DNA from: Trichodelitschia bisporula
Taxonomy: Eukaryota
Direction: 5' to 3'
DNA: 64,000 nucleotides
Assembly: GCA_010356995.1 (NCBI GenBank)
Contig: ML996692.1
Span: 1 to 64,000 of the forward strand
Numbering within the stretch: position 1 is the stretch's first letter; each line of letters begins with the position of its first letter. A program made the translations under genes and the position numbers. Shown piece by piece: positions 22,980-36,544 of the stretch. Below the pieces are notes generated by a model that worked only from the letters and a program-made list of their open reading frames with translations, was not told where the DNA came from and made no database searches.

Positions 22980-25900
22980 GAAGCTATTTTGGGTGGGCGT
23001 AGACGCCTCGTGTGGAGAGTGACGGAGGAGCCAGCGTCAAGATGTATGACGGCCGTGGTACGTTTTGGAAAAGCTGCAGTGCTGGACCCTGACTAGAAAG
23101 CTGTGGTTTGCGTGATGTATTTCAGCCACTCTTTCGCTTGTTGGGCGGGGAAGGGCTCGGACGGTCGGGGGTGAAGGTTTGTTGGTGTGGTATGCTAGTC
23201 TTTAGCGTTCGGGGGCCACGCGGGACAAGTCGTAGAAGAAGAGGGTGTGATGCGCTGGATTCGGAATTCGGAACCAGTTCAAGATGTCCAGTTTAACTGC
23301 AGGCGGGTGGAATTTGACCGGGAGGGGGGCCGTCAAGCGTCAAGGCGTGGGAAACCGCTAAAGGGTTTAATGTGAGTAGTGGCAGTTGCAGACGGAGACC
23401 CTGATGACGAGCTACTGTATTTCGGTGGGGAGGTGGTCAATAAGGCCGCGAGAGTTGCGAAGCGTGGCGGGTTACCGGTGGACATGGGGGTGGGTACCGT
23501 ACGGCATAACCTCTGGGAGGTGGTGGGAGTTTTGAAGGAAGGGGGTGACCTGAGAGGCTAAAGGATTATCCTCTACCAGATTTGCGCTGTGACGTCTGGG
23601 GGGGGGGATGTGGGTGGTGGGCAGTAACTGGGGTGGCTGGCTTTGGGAGGCGATCTTTTTGGGAATGCGGGGATGGAAGGGGTCGCAGAGAGATAGGTAT
23701 GAGACAGAAGGCTGTGCGGTGTAGGGTATTTGTGAAGGATGACGACTGAGGAACAGAGAATGAAGTGGTGAGAAGAGGTTGTTGAGGTATGTCCAAAATT
23801 GAGAGGAGCGGCGTCGGTAGAGACGTCGAAGAATAAGGTGGTGTGATTTTTCTACGGATGTATGCAGGAGACACAATGATGCTGCTAGTGGGAGCGGTGG
23901 GAAATGGTGGGGGGAGGGGAGAAGTGAGTGGATATGGATGTGGAGGTGCAGTGGTCGTATCGTGATAGCAATAGTCGCGACCCTGGGTGTGGGGGTAGAA
24001 TCGCCTTGAGCCGAAAAGAGGCTTATGGGATTTAGGGAGAGAGGCACAAGAGGAGTACAGTAACAAGAACGGACGATAGCTCAAGCGTCCGGTTTTCTCC
24101 TAGCACTGTACCCTGTGGATTAAGGATACGACGAGACGAATAAGCTCAAGGCTCTCACCGCAAACAAACAAAAGATGGACATTTTGATGCTCAAAAGTCC
24201 AAGGCTTCGCTCATCCGGTCCGGGGACGCGCGGGAAGCTGAAGCTGAAGCCGATACCCATTTTGGGAAGGCGGCGAAGGCAGATGACTATCGTGCCTGAT
24301 TTATGCTCTTTAGCTTTGACCGGGGCCTCCATCTCTATCACACTCACATATGCATCTCCATTATGCGATTTATGGCTGTATGTACCAGTACAGCAGGTAC
24401 CTACGCTTTTTCTCTGCATTGAGCATCTTCTCCCGACACCGCTCATCGCGAATACGTGCCTTCTCCGTCCAGTCTCTCGTCCAAGCAATCCCTAAGCAGA
24501 GTCAAAGACAAGCAACTTCCTCGCAGATCCTTCCCATCATTAGCCATCATGACGTAAGACTTGTAACAGCCCAAGAAGATCGCCATTCCCGCCTTAAATC
24601 AATGTTGAAGCTTGCGACAATGGAGTGCGAAGGCCGAGTAAGTCACTCTACCGCAGCTTACCGTCGCAGGACGATTGTGCGGAATAGAATAGTAGTACAA
24701 GCTTCGCTTCGAAAGACTATGATCCAGCATGCGTCAGAGGTGAAGCGAGAATCCCACCACGCCTACGTTGCGTATCGCCATTCCCTGCCTTCGTCACCAC
24801 CCACGCGGCATTGAATATCCAATTCCCAGATAAAACCCACCACATCGGACGCCCTCATAGCCACGAGGCTCGCATCTAGAAAGCTCCGCAAACTGCGTGG
24901 CCGTCCCCTCCTACCCCCCAGTCCCCCTCATGGTCTGATACTTGCATCGCCAGCCGTAGCCTGCATGTCGTCATGCCCTCTCACTGGTGGGCCCGCCGTG
25001 CACCTTGGACCCCGCGCATTAGCGCCACCGCCGATCGCCGTCCTCCTGCGCCCTGCAGACACCAGTGGCCCGGGGACGATTTACCATAGAACCCACACAT
25101 ATGGCCGCCCGCCGCCGCCTGCGCCGTGTCGGCTCCAAACGACGCGCTTCCGACTCGAGGTCTCACAGACACCAGACAGGGCCCATACGATCGGCTGCGG
25201 CGTGAAGCGCGACCACGCGCGTGCACCTTCGGGTCTCGGGTGTGGGTGTGGAAAAAGAGAGGCATGGGGAACACAAAAGACCCCGCGCGCCGTGCCTCAC
25301 TACCCTGCTTCTTCCTGCACCTTTGGGCTGCGGCGGGGTGGTATGGCGAACCTTTTTTAGAGGGTGAGGAGGCGAAACGGGCGCTTGAACGGGTGGAGAT
25401 GGACAGGCGCGGCGCGGTGGCTAGGATCCCAATCTTCATCTCGAAGGTCGGCCCACGAGCGTAAGGTTATCTCGAACAACAAATTATAGGTCCGGAAGAT
25501 CCGCCGTTGAACCAGGGCCCACTGGTATCTCGCATACTACCGGTAGGGTACCAACCTGCCAACTTCCCTCTCCCCTAGCTACACAGTACCCCAGCAACAA
25601 CACACGGAGTAAACCTCCGCCTGGCCAACATAGGTTGTAGATCGTACAAAAACTATGGGCCTGCCCGCTTTTCTTCATCTCCATCTGATAAGCCCAGACG
25701 CCGGAGTACGCCATCACGTAACCGCTTCAGTGATCACCGCGCAGGTCTGTCGCTTGCCGCCGCATCTTGTCAACCCACATACGAGCGTGAGCTGTGGATA
25801 CTGCGGTAGTAATTCCGCAAACCATCACACCAAATGCCCGCCCCAATCGCGAGCATATCACTCAGCCGCCCACGCCGCCATCACCACTGGGTTCACCGCT

Positions 25901-27901
25901 GGATTCACAACCGACATCACCACCACCGAGACCCCAACCTCGCCTGCTTCAATGAGCGGGTGGTCGCACCCACTAGATAATCCCGTCGCCTCCCTTGCTG
26001 TACGACCTCCGTAACCTACCAACCAGCGAGCGCGCGCATCTTTCAGAGCTCCGTTACCGGGACCCTTCCGAGACGGCGTGGCATTCGGGAACGGGAATAT
26101 CCCGACGGCTACTATGCGGGCCGAGCAGGCATTGAACTTCGCGGCTCCGTGTCTGCCGCCCTGGGGTGTCAGTCGTCGAAGCCTGCACAGTCATACTCCT
26201 CCATTGGCACTTGGCACCTTCAGAGAAGTTTTGAGCAGACGTCCTTCGCTCTCAGATTGTGGACCGCAGCTACTCGCAAGCTCCTCATCGCTGGTCGTTC
26301 CCGACTGGAGAGGTAGAGTGATCCTGATAATCCAGGCATTGCTGACTGGGACCCTAGGGCGTGAATGCATCACAGCTTATTTTCGAATTTTGCATCATTT
26401 CTCACACCTCCATCCCCCCCAACGTGTCGTCTAAGCTCTCGGCATCTCCAGGAACCACCGATCACCAGTATCGCCACGAGGTAAATGTGCATCGATGGTC
26501 GACCACGCATCAATGGTTGCTACCTCTGAGCTCTGGAGCCAAGTGAACCTGATGGTTCAAGTGGCGAAACAGCCTGGATATGTGGGTTTCTTGCTTTTAT
26601 GATGAGTTCATGACTCCGCGTGCTGATCCTTATTGCATCGGAACCGGCGGGTAATGAAGTCTAGAAAGTGGCTTCAAAGGTTAAGTCCACGGTCTTGTTC
26701 TAAGTCGAGAATATCCATCTGTCCCGGGCATCGCAAGCAGCAAAACGTGGCATACAAAAAACTCCAGGCGCGGAATCAGCGGCATATGGCGAGGATTTTG
26801 AGTACTGGTTGGACCTTCTTTTCGCCATGTCCGGTGTCCAAATTTTGGGCATCGCACGACGTCACTTTCCCTGTCATGCAGGACCCGCGCCATGACGCAT
26901 ACTCCCGTAACTCCTTCAACTTACCCCCAGCCTAATAGACATTTCTCACAATTTAGCCTCAATGATAGCAAGACGGTGCCGGTCCTTCTGTCGACCATCC
27001 AACGGCACAAGCCGCTGGCAAGTCGCACACTTAGTTGAACCCCCGCGCCCAAGCCCTAACCCACACGGCTGTTATGGCGACCGTCCTCCGGAGCACCCTG
27101 CTACAGAGGCATCACCGCTCTGCAAGCGCCGGTACTTGAAATCAGGTTGAGCGGCTTGGCGGAGTATAAAGACAACACAGCCGCTCAAAATTCTTGAAAT
27201 GTCTTTGAACCTTGCATTCTGATTTGGCGGCAGCGAATCACTATGTACACGCATGTAAGTCGAGACAGCTCGGTGGCACGAGGGGAAGTTTACTTTGGGT
27301 CCGTCGGAGTTTTATTCCGCTTTGGGATAATGGCCGATCCACCTGGAGAGCGGAACATTCAAAGCTGACAAGTTAGGGCAAGAAGCCAACTCATGTTTAC
27401 CAAGAGGAATACTCCGATGGCGCGTACTCTACCAGAGCGGGCATCGTCTCCCCGTCACCCCGACCGCGCCTACTGTCTTCCGTTAACTCGCAGGTGACCC
27501 TCTGGGAGCCATGCTGATTGTTGAAGAGGCTCTCGCTGCCATCCGTCCCCTGCTTCCAAGCTCCAACTCATCCCTCTCTCGGACATTATCGGTGGGAACC
27601 GAACCCGATCACCCCTCACCTCCGCCGAAGAAGTCAGTCCAATACTGGCACTGGCGATTGGAAAGCTTCGTCTAGCATGGTGCATGCTTCGGACTCTGAT
27701 CAACCTCGCAAGCTCCTGACTATGATCAACCTCGCATCCTCCAGCTCTAATCACCCTCGCTCCAAGCCCTGTCACTGACTCTGAAGATGCCCAAAGCCAT
27801 CTCGGATGTTGGAGCAATGCTGGACAATGTCATCGAGGGAGCTGGGGAGAAGTGACGCGGAATGCTGAGTGAACAGAGGCTGGAGGGATGTTGATCGGCT
27901 T

Positions 27902-28045
27902 GATAGCGTGGAGCCGGAAAGGATCTTGGACTCTGAGAGCGTCGTAGAGTCAGATGGGATCCTGATCTCGGATGGGATCATGGTCTTGGATGGGATCGTG
28001 GACTCGGCTGGGATGGTGGGCTCACACAGGATCGTGGAGTTGGAT
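27902..28045. repeat. Degenerate 18-bp tandem repeat, 8 units
   Basis: Units such as aggatcttggactctgag / gggatcctgatctcggat / gggatcatggtcttggat / gggatcgtggactcggct / aggatcgtggagttggat. Confidence 0.85.
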
Positions 28046-29739
28046 AGGCTCATGGAGCGTCATGTGGAATTTTCCTTCGCTCTCCTCCCCTCCCATAGTC
28101 TTTGCTCCGCTCACTTCGCAGCGCCCTCACTCGGAGTCCAGATGATACCCACGATACGCTCAGCCATATAACCGTCCCCTCACGCAAAGCCGACGATGCT
28201 TCGACATATCCATGAGGAATAAGACACGCGGCGAGCCTTCATCATTTTGAACTGTAAGAACCCCAACTCGAAATGTGAATAGAGTTTGTAGTCTGCCGTA
28301 CCGCGAGCGAATTCTACTAAAACTTCGTGTTCTCCTGAAAAACTAGGATACCATCACCTTGAATCCCTCTCCGCGCCGGAACCCCATTTCCATCACAGGC
28401 CGTTATTCCAGTCTTCCAGGAGAACAGAGGGCAAAGAGATGTTGGTCTCCGGTAACACGGCCTAGCGCAGCATTATGCACAAGCTCTCAACGTCAATGAG
28501 AGCTCCACCGGCGACGAAAGGATGATATGGACGACACCCGACCCAGCGTGCCTCGATGGCTGTGCCCAGACGTTACGGAATGCATCATCATCAATTGCTG
28601 CCCTTCCTCTTTTGGAAGTACCTGATCCTTGCCGTGGTGTTGAGGTGAACCTTAACTTAAATCAAAGTGTCACTCTGGATTTAGTAGAGATATCGTCTTC
28701 GGAGTAGCCGGAATTCAACCTTGAGACTCGATGATACCCATATTTCAGGGGTTTGATGTTAAGATCTTGTGAGGTTGATTGATTTGATTATTTTTCCTTC
28801 GAACGTTGAAGCCGCCGAAAATCGCACTCCAACGAAATCTCCAGCGGTAGAAGGCACGCCCATCGAGTGCAAATCGTCAATCATGCAGGTAACGATCCAA
28901 CTCCCGCCAAATTCGTAGTAGGCGAATTTCCAAAAGCCAGTAGAACACCCGAACGGCCCGGTCTGGGGGCCCAGTCAAGCTCCCCGACAATGGGATGTTA
29001 TCATCGCCGGACGCGACAGAAGCCGCCAACCACCTACCTCAAGGACAGTTACAGGTGGCGGAGCAACTGGGTACCTTGACGGCCATCGAGTCCCGAGTCA
29101 TGACGTTAGCGGCGGAGTGGCTAGTAATTCATTGATTGTGGCTGATATTTGCATTTTCGTGAGCCACAAGATTAAGGTTACTCGTGCGGCGAAGAAAACT
29201 GGTACAGGGGTTGGAGATTAACGACAACAGTTCAGGAGGCAGTGCTGGGTGAAGGCGCGATGCAGCGATGGAGAAACGTGTCTCATGGTTCCGCAGGCAC
29301 GTTCAGCCTTGTGTATCGCTCTCAAACAGGGTGACACACTGCAAGCTGAACTGGGACTTCGAAATGCGATAGCACCATTGCTTCAATATCTGGCTAGTAT
29401 GATGTGCACACACCGCGGCATCTCGTTAACCCGCGCCTCCGTAACACTGACAGTTGGGAAAGACAATGGCTTGTATTTTATTGTAAGAGGGTGATGGGGA
29501 TGGGGCTACGTGGGAAATGGGGAGATGGGCAGTGCAGGCAGAACCGCAGAGCTAAACGTCTTGGATCTAAGGAAGCATCTTAGCAGAAGAACCGTATTTC
29601 CTCCTCCTCCCCCACGTCCAGCAACGCAATGCTGCCAACGACGCCCAGGAATCGGCAAAGAAACTCTCAACGCAATCAACAACTCCCGACCGTGTAGACC
29701 CGCGCGTCACGCCAACCCGAACCGAACCGGGAAACAAAT

Positions 29740-30713
<974 letters not shown>

Positions 30714-31510
30714 TGTGACGGTCTGTTACGGGTTAGTGGAAGTGGCAGGATGCGGCAGTAGAAGGTAGTGGAGGATAGCGTTGATGAAGAGAGTGATGGA
30801 AAAGAGGGGAAGAGAAGAGGCTGCAAGTCGCAGACAGAGACGTCACAAGGGGGTGGAGGGGTGGTGATTGCGGCGCCGGGCACAGCCCCAACAACCGCCA
30901 ACAACCGGGCCCAAGACTGGCGCTTGGAAGGTGGGGAGGGCGGGCGGTTTCGCAGCGCTCTATGTCACACACAAAGCAGCATGCAGATAAAGCCGAAGCT
31001 TGCGCGGTGATAGAGCGTCTACTGAGCAGTGATGCAGCAGCTGGTACGACGCTGTCCTTTTTTTCCCAGGGCAAGTGTGGGTTGTTCTGTGTGGAGGATG
31101 ACGAAAGGGGATGATGAACAGCACAGTACCTGGAGGGGTTTCGAAACTAAGCACAATGGACGGAGAAGTTGGGAATGAGATGAAAGGTGCAGAACTGGTG
31201 GGTGAAGGGAGGGAGAAAACGATTCAGGAGCTCGGAGCGAGAACCGGTGATGTGAAGAGGTGTTTTCGGGGGGGGGGTGCAGTGTTGGAAGTGGATTCGA
31301 TCAGTCTGGAGGAGGTTTGTTTTGAGGGGGAAGAAGCAGAGCGAGGGGGAGGGGAAGAAGAGGAGTGAAAGAGGCCAAGAGAGACTCACAGAAGCGGGTG
31401 GTGGGTGACTGGGGGGCACGGTCCACCCACTGCCACCTTTGGCTTTGCTGGCCGTCTTTTGGGCCTTTGGACCTTGGACGCTGTCACCTGATACTCGGAA
31501 TAGCAATATC

Positions 31511-31533
31511 CACGTGATTCTTTATCACGTGAC
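31511..31533. promoter_or_regulatory. Paired E-boxes (CACGTG; TCACGTGAC) in the 14-3-3/INH1 divergent promoter
   Basis: cacgtg 31511-31516 and tcacgtgac 31525-31533. Confidence 0.4.
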
Positions 31534-31707
31534 CTTTCTACTCTCATGTAAAATGCCAAGCTCGGCTCATGATGTGATGTCGTTCGTTTCCCCCAAAGAG
31601 CTCCATAGCGAGCTTTCCCGACCTCAACCCGGCTCACAAACACCCCCTCCCTCCGCTTCTCATTTCGTTCTCACAAGTCACCAACATACCAACATTCTGA
31701 CATCGCA

Positions 31708-32173
31708 ATGTCGGCCATCAAGTCCTCCAGCCTCGTCCGCGTCCTGCGCACCGCTGGCCTGCGTCGCACCTTCTCTACCGTTCCCCGCACCATGGCCGCT
31801 GGCGACACCGGCTCGGGTTCCTCGCGTGCCGGCGGCATCAAGGCCGGGTGAGTTTTGCAGACTCAATTGCGGTATATGCCACTGGACTCGTTACTGACGA
31901 CCCGCAGTGATGCCTTCACGTCGCGCGAGAAAGCCAACGAGGAATTCTACATCCGCAAGGAGGAGAGGCAGAAGTGCGTGCCAAGCTTCAACCGTCATTT
32001 CGCATGCTGACATTCCTCCCAAGGCTTTTGCTGCTCCGTGAGAAGCTCAGCGCCCAGAAGAAGCACATTGAAGAGCTGGACAAGCACATGTTGGTCTCCC
32101 ATTCTTTGTCTTACCAGCGGCTAACATCTCCAGCGAGGGCCTGACACGCGAATCGGGCGGCGAGAAGCACTAG
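31708..32173 (+). CDS. INH1: Mitochondrial F1Fo ATPase inhibitor (IATP)
   Basis: Missed by the ORF track. Presequence MSAIKSSSLVRVLRTAGLRRTFS, AGDTGS, G|DAFTSREKANEEFYIRKEERQK|LLLLREKL..QKKHIEELDKH|I; 3 introns. Confidence 0.92.
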
Positions 32174-32383
32174 ATCACCGTACTTGTTGCCATGTAAATT
32201 GATAGACACTCTGCTATGACTGTACCATCAGCTCAACCAGCTCAATCAGCTTTTGCATAACCGTGCGCCTCTATTCGCCGTCCCATAGTGTACACTGATG
32301 GGTATTCGAGAGCCCAGAGCCCAGATTATGACTCAAGACGTTGCCCTACTGTCCTTGTTCCCAGCCGCTCATAGTCAACCCAT

Positions 32384-34536
32384 CTACCGCCTCATGCTGC
32401 GCACAAAGTCGTCCGTCGCATCGTTCCCAATCCCGTGCCATCCATTCGTGCCTCCCGTCGCGCTCTGCTCCTTCTGCGCTGACTGCACCTTGGCCTGCAG
32501 CTCCGATGTGCCCATGTCGATGACTTGCAGCTGCTGCAGATGAGAGTTGAGGACGCGCACCACCTGCGAGAGCTGTGAAGATTAGCATAAGCAGTAAATG
32601 AGTGAGATGCGCATACCGGATCGTCAGGGCCGCCCGACTTGCTCAGTGACGCGTTGACGTTGTTGATCTCCTCAACGACGTCCGCCAGGTCCTTGTTGAG
32701 CCCCTCGAGACGCTCCGCGAGGCGCTCCGCCGTCTTGTACGTACGCTCACGATCGAGGTCGATACCCGAGACGCCCTCGCCACTCAAGCCCTCGCGCTGC
32801 ACCATGTCGTCAACCTCCTTTTCATACCGGTCGAGCCACTGCTCCAGCTCATCCTGCATGCCCTCAACACTACTGAGCTGACGCTCGACCTCGGCCGCCT
32901 CGCGCTCAGCGTTGAACGTTTTGGTGTACAGCTTGCTTGTCTTGTCCGCGTTCTCGACGAGCACGCGGTCCCATGCAGAGACGATCTCGGCCTGCTTCTG
33001 GAACTCTTTCTGGTGCTTCGAGAGGTCCGAGGCCCAGCGCGTGAGGATTTCGTCCATCGACTTGTTCTTGAGACGCGACGCCGCAGGCGGAGCCGGACCT
33101 TGAATAGAGGAATTGAGATTGGTAGCGGCCACGGCGTTCGGCGCGGAGGTAGTGGGAGCAGTTGTGGCTGCAGTGGTTGTCGTGGGTTTGGGACCAAACA
33201 GGCCGCCGGCATTGGCCGTAGGGGCGGCAGGAGCGGCTGTAGAAGCAGCCGAAGTGGTGTTCGCGGGTGCCGTGGTGGTGGCCGTAGTGGTCGCAGCAGG
33301 CTGGGATGCGCTGCTCGCAGGTTGAGAAGTGGCACTGAAGAGGGAAGCAGCCGGCTTCGGGGCGGTTTGGCCAAGCATCGAAAACCCAGAAGACGCCGTG
33401 GTAGTGGCGGGAGCCGTTGATTCAGCCGGCTTGGACGCCGCAGCGCCCCCAAAAAGCGGCCTAGAAGCAGACTGGGACGTGGTGGCAGCGGCGCTGAACA
33501 TGTTGGCACCAGCTGTCGTGACGGGGGCCTGCGATGTCTGGGCCGCCGAGGTCGCCTCGGTCTGAGTTGGCTTCGCAAACAGCGACGGCTGTGAACCAGC
33601 GCCGCCAAACATGGCTGGCGCTGAAGGCGGCTGGGTCTGCGCGGCCTGCGAAGCCTGGGTGGCGGCCGGCTGCGAAGTAGCAGGCTGACCCTGCATCTGG
33701 CCGAAGAGAGACTGTGAAGCTGGAGCCGATATAGCTGGCTGGCCCTGTGTCTGGCCGAAGAGAGGCTTCGCGCCGAAGATGCCCCCGGCTGCAGAAGCCG
33801 GCGTGCTACTCTGCTGTGTGCCCGAATTCTGGCCACCGAACATGCCGGCCGGTGCGGGAGTCGTTGACGTGGTGTCCGACTTCGCACCAAAGAGATTGTT
33901 CGCAGGTGCAGCCGTCGAATTCCCAGCAGGCGTCCCGAAAATACCTGTGGTAGCCGGCGCGCTCTGTGGCTGTCCCTGAGTTGTGCCAGATTGTGCCGGA
34001 TCCGATGGCTTCGTGCCGAAAATCCCAGCGGACTGAGTACCGCTCGGAGGAGGCGCAGCGGGCGTGGTCGAGCCGAATTGGAAGGCAGGTTTCGCAGGAG
34101 TCGTGGCTCCCGACTTGTCTTGCCCGGCTCCACCGAACAAGCCCGACGAACCGGATCCAGTGTTCTGACCGAAGAGCGACGGAGTGGGCAGCTTCAGTGT
34201 CTTATCGTTCTCACCCGCTGTTTGCCCCGGGAACCCGAACGACGGCTTTGCACCAGTTCCCGAGAGAGGAGCCTTCTGCTCGCCAAATGCACTGCCGGCG
34301 TTGCCGAAGAGAGACGCCTTCTGTTCGCCGCCAGTCGCGGGCGCGCCAAAGGGGCTCGCCGGCTTGTTGGTCATGTCAAAGAGACCGCTCGTGGAAGGCT
34401 TCACGGTGCTGAACAGACCGCCTGAAGGAGCCTGCGAAGACCCACCGAAAGCTGTGCCGAAGGGGCTGGAAGCTGCAGGCGCGCCGGACGTGGAAGCTCC
34501 TGAGGACGCCGGTGTCTGGCCGAAGTTGAATGACAT
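32384..34536 (-). CDS. NSP1: FG nucleoporin Nsp1/Nup62
   Basis: MSFNFG start, many FG repeats, then SRLKNKSMDEILTRWASDL..QKEF..WDRVLVEN coiled coil, DDP|LSQVVRVLNSHL; one 3' intron. Confidence 0.95.
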
Positions 34537-35044
34537 GCTGGACGCGAGGCGCGTACGCTGCGCAGCGTGTTGTAGACTAGCAAGGGGCGGCGAGTTAAGG
34601 GAGGGGATGGAGGAATTGCTGAGCGCACCGGAATGATGGGTTTGCGTGTAGGGGCGTTGCTCTGCGCGATCTTGATGTGTGGATGTCGAGTGCGCGAGGA
34701 ATGTCACTCAACAACGAGCTGGTTGGTGTTTTCTGAGCGACGCGCAGGGGTCAGGCTCCAGACTCGCGGATCATCCATCTCCCGGCCTTGGCATTGGCGG
34801 TCTGGGGGTTGCGGCCCGTGCGCTTTCATCGATCGATGGGGGGCATCACGAAACTCCTTGCACTGCCACCTTTGCTCTCATCCTAAAACTTACCCTTTCA
34901 GCTTTCTTTCTTCGGCTGTACCACTACTACGGGCAACTTGTCTGTTCCACTTGAATTTTGACGTCTATCGCAGCTCCTATCCCCTTGATCCGACACCCGA
35001 ACATCAGATTCCCACCCCCCCCCCGTACCCCGCAGCAGACCGCC

Positions 35045-36544
35045 ATGGTCGACGAGCTGCAGCCTCCTCGCAAGAGCGTCGAGCTTGAGGATCCCGGTGC
35101 TCACGAACTCGGTTAGCCGGCATACCATCGTGAGATCCAAAGTTCACTAACTTCCGCAGCCTCTTCCGACGAGAGTGAGCACTTCACCGACGCCTCCGAA
35201 GGCAACAAGGGCCCTGACCGCTCCAAGGCGCCGTCCCCGATTCCCATAACGCGTGTCGAACGGATTGACGACGCTCCGTCATACGGCGAAATCCCTGGTA
35301 CGGCCGCCTACAAGATGCGCGAGCAGGACGCTGTTCCAGACGAAATCGAGGTTGTTCCGGACGGTCAGCGCAGCCGTAGTGCCTCGTGGCTGCGGCCCGA
35401 AGACCGCCCCCCCACTCCCGCCACCATCCCCAAGATCGTCGCTGAAAAGGTCGACCCTGAGGAGGCTAGCTACGGCGACGAGCCCGGCACCGCGGCGTAC
35501 GAGCTGCGCAAGGCGGATGCCGTACCCGACGTCGTCGTCAAGGCAGATTCTGAGGCCTCTGGTACGCTGCCCCCCCGTGTGATTAGCGAACCATTGACGG
35601 GGTAGGATCGCCAACCATGTCGATATCTAGATCCCAAGTAAACAACGACGACGAGGAGGAAGGCTTTGGCGACTTTGACGAGTTCGAGGAGGGACAGGAG
35701 ATCGAGGACTTTGGGGAGTTTGATGACTTTCAGGGCAGTACCGAAGCAAATGCAGACGTTTCTGTGAATTCCCCGGGCCCGCCCCCCATTCGCCTTGTAA
35801 GCCCGCGCATGTGCTACCCGTAAGTGCTAACGCGCCAAGCCCAACCTCGATTTCAGCGAGATACGCACCCTTGAGGACATTAGAGCTGCGTGTGCGCCCT
35901 ACCTCGAAAACCTTTTTCCCCAGGCCGTTCCCCCATCGGACGGGCCGCAGCCGTCGCCACAGATATTCCTATCAGACCGCAGCCACTCCCTCTACACGCA
36001 GCTGCTCGCACCGCCACCCCTCGCGCCGCCCAATTGGCTGCGATCACGCATACGGCGCCTCTTCCTCGTGTCACTCGGAGTGCCCGTCGATTTGGACGAG
36101 ATTCTGCCGGCGAGCAAGCAGAAGAAGCTGGTGCTGCCGTCGACTCACCTCGCCACCGAAGGCCGCTCGCCCCGCGCATCGTCCGACGAGCGCCCAACCG
36201 ACAGCGTAGCCCGACTGCGCAGCGAGGCCAACGACTCAAGCGCCAGCGTCGACAGCACAGCGGGGAAGCGGCGCACGGGCAAGGGACGACGCGACGAAGC
36301 CGTGACTCCAGAGCTCGATTTTGGCGAAGCAGCGCGCGTTGGCGACACGACGGTCGCCCGGCTCGACGGCATGAGCGACGAGGAGCTGCGTGAGCACGTT
36401 GGCCGACTCAACGAGCTCGTGGAGAAGGCCCAGCAAGTGCTTAGGTTCTGGGAGGGACGGTGCGAGGGCGCAGTCAAGGAGAAAGAGGCATTTGAAGGCG
36501 TGATTGAGAATCTCGTCAAACACGCCCGGAAGGTGAGGAAGTGA
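35045..36544 (+). CDS. Conserved fungal protein, DUF5102/LAA2-like AP-1 accessory protein
   Basis: EHFTDASEG, repeated SYGE.PGTAAY..R..DAVPD, acidic FGDF/FGEF (gamma-ear-binding type) motifs, PPNW.RSRIRRLFLVSLGVPVDLDEILP, KEAFEGVIENLVKHARK; 3 introns. Confidence 0.7.

Noticed and set aside
26598..26630. ATGATGA...CTGA box C/D-like pair
   Set aside because: Only ~28 nt long, too short for a snoRNA, and no recognisable guide.
27500..27775. Run of in-frame TGA codons suggesting recoding or systematic CGA>TGA mutation
   Set aside because: At least one TGA comes from a 14-bp duplication (tgatcaacctcgca) read in another frame; all intact genes use the standard code.
27902..28045. CRISPR-like array
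   Set aside because: Eukaryotic context; contiguous degenerate units without unique spacers.
32784..34636. Long alternative-frame and antisense ORFs over NSP1 (likewise over NIK1, lipase, PP4R2, methyltransferase)
   Set aside because: Expected in GC-rich, codon-biased genes; no independent protein features.
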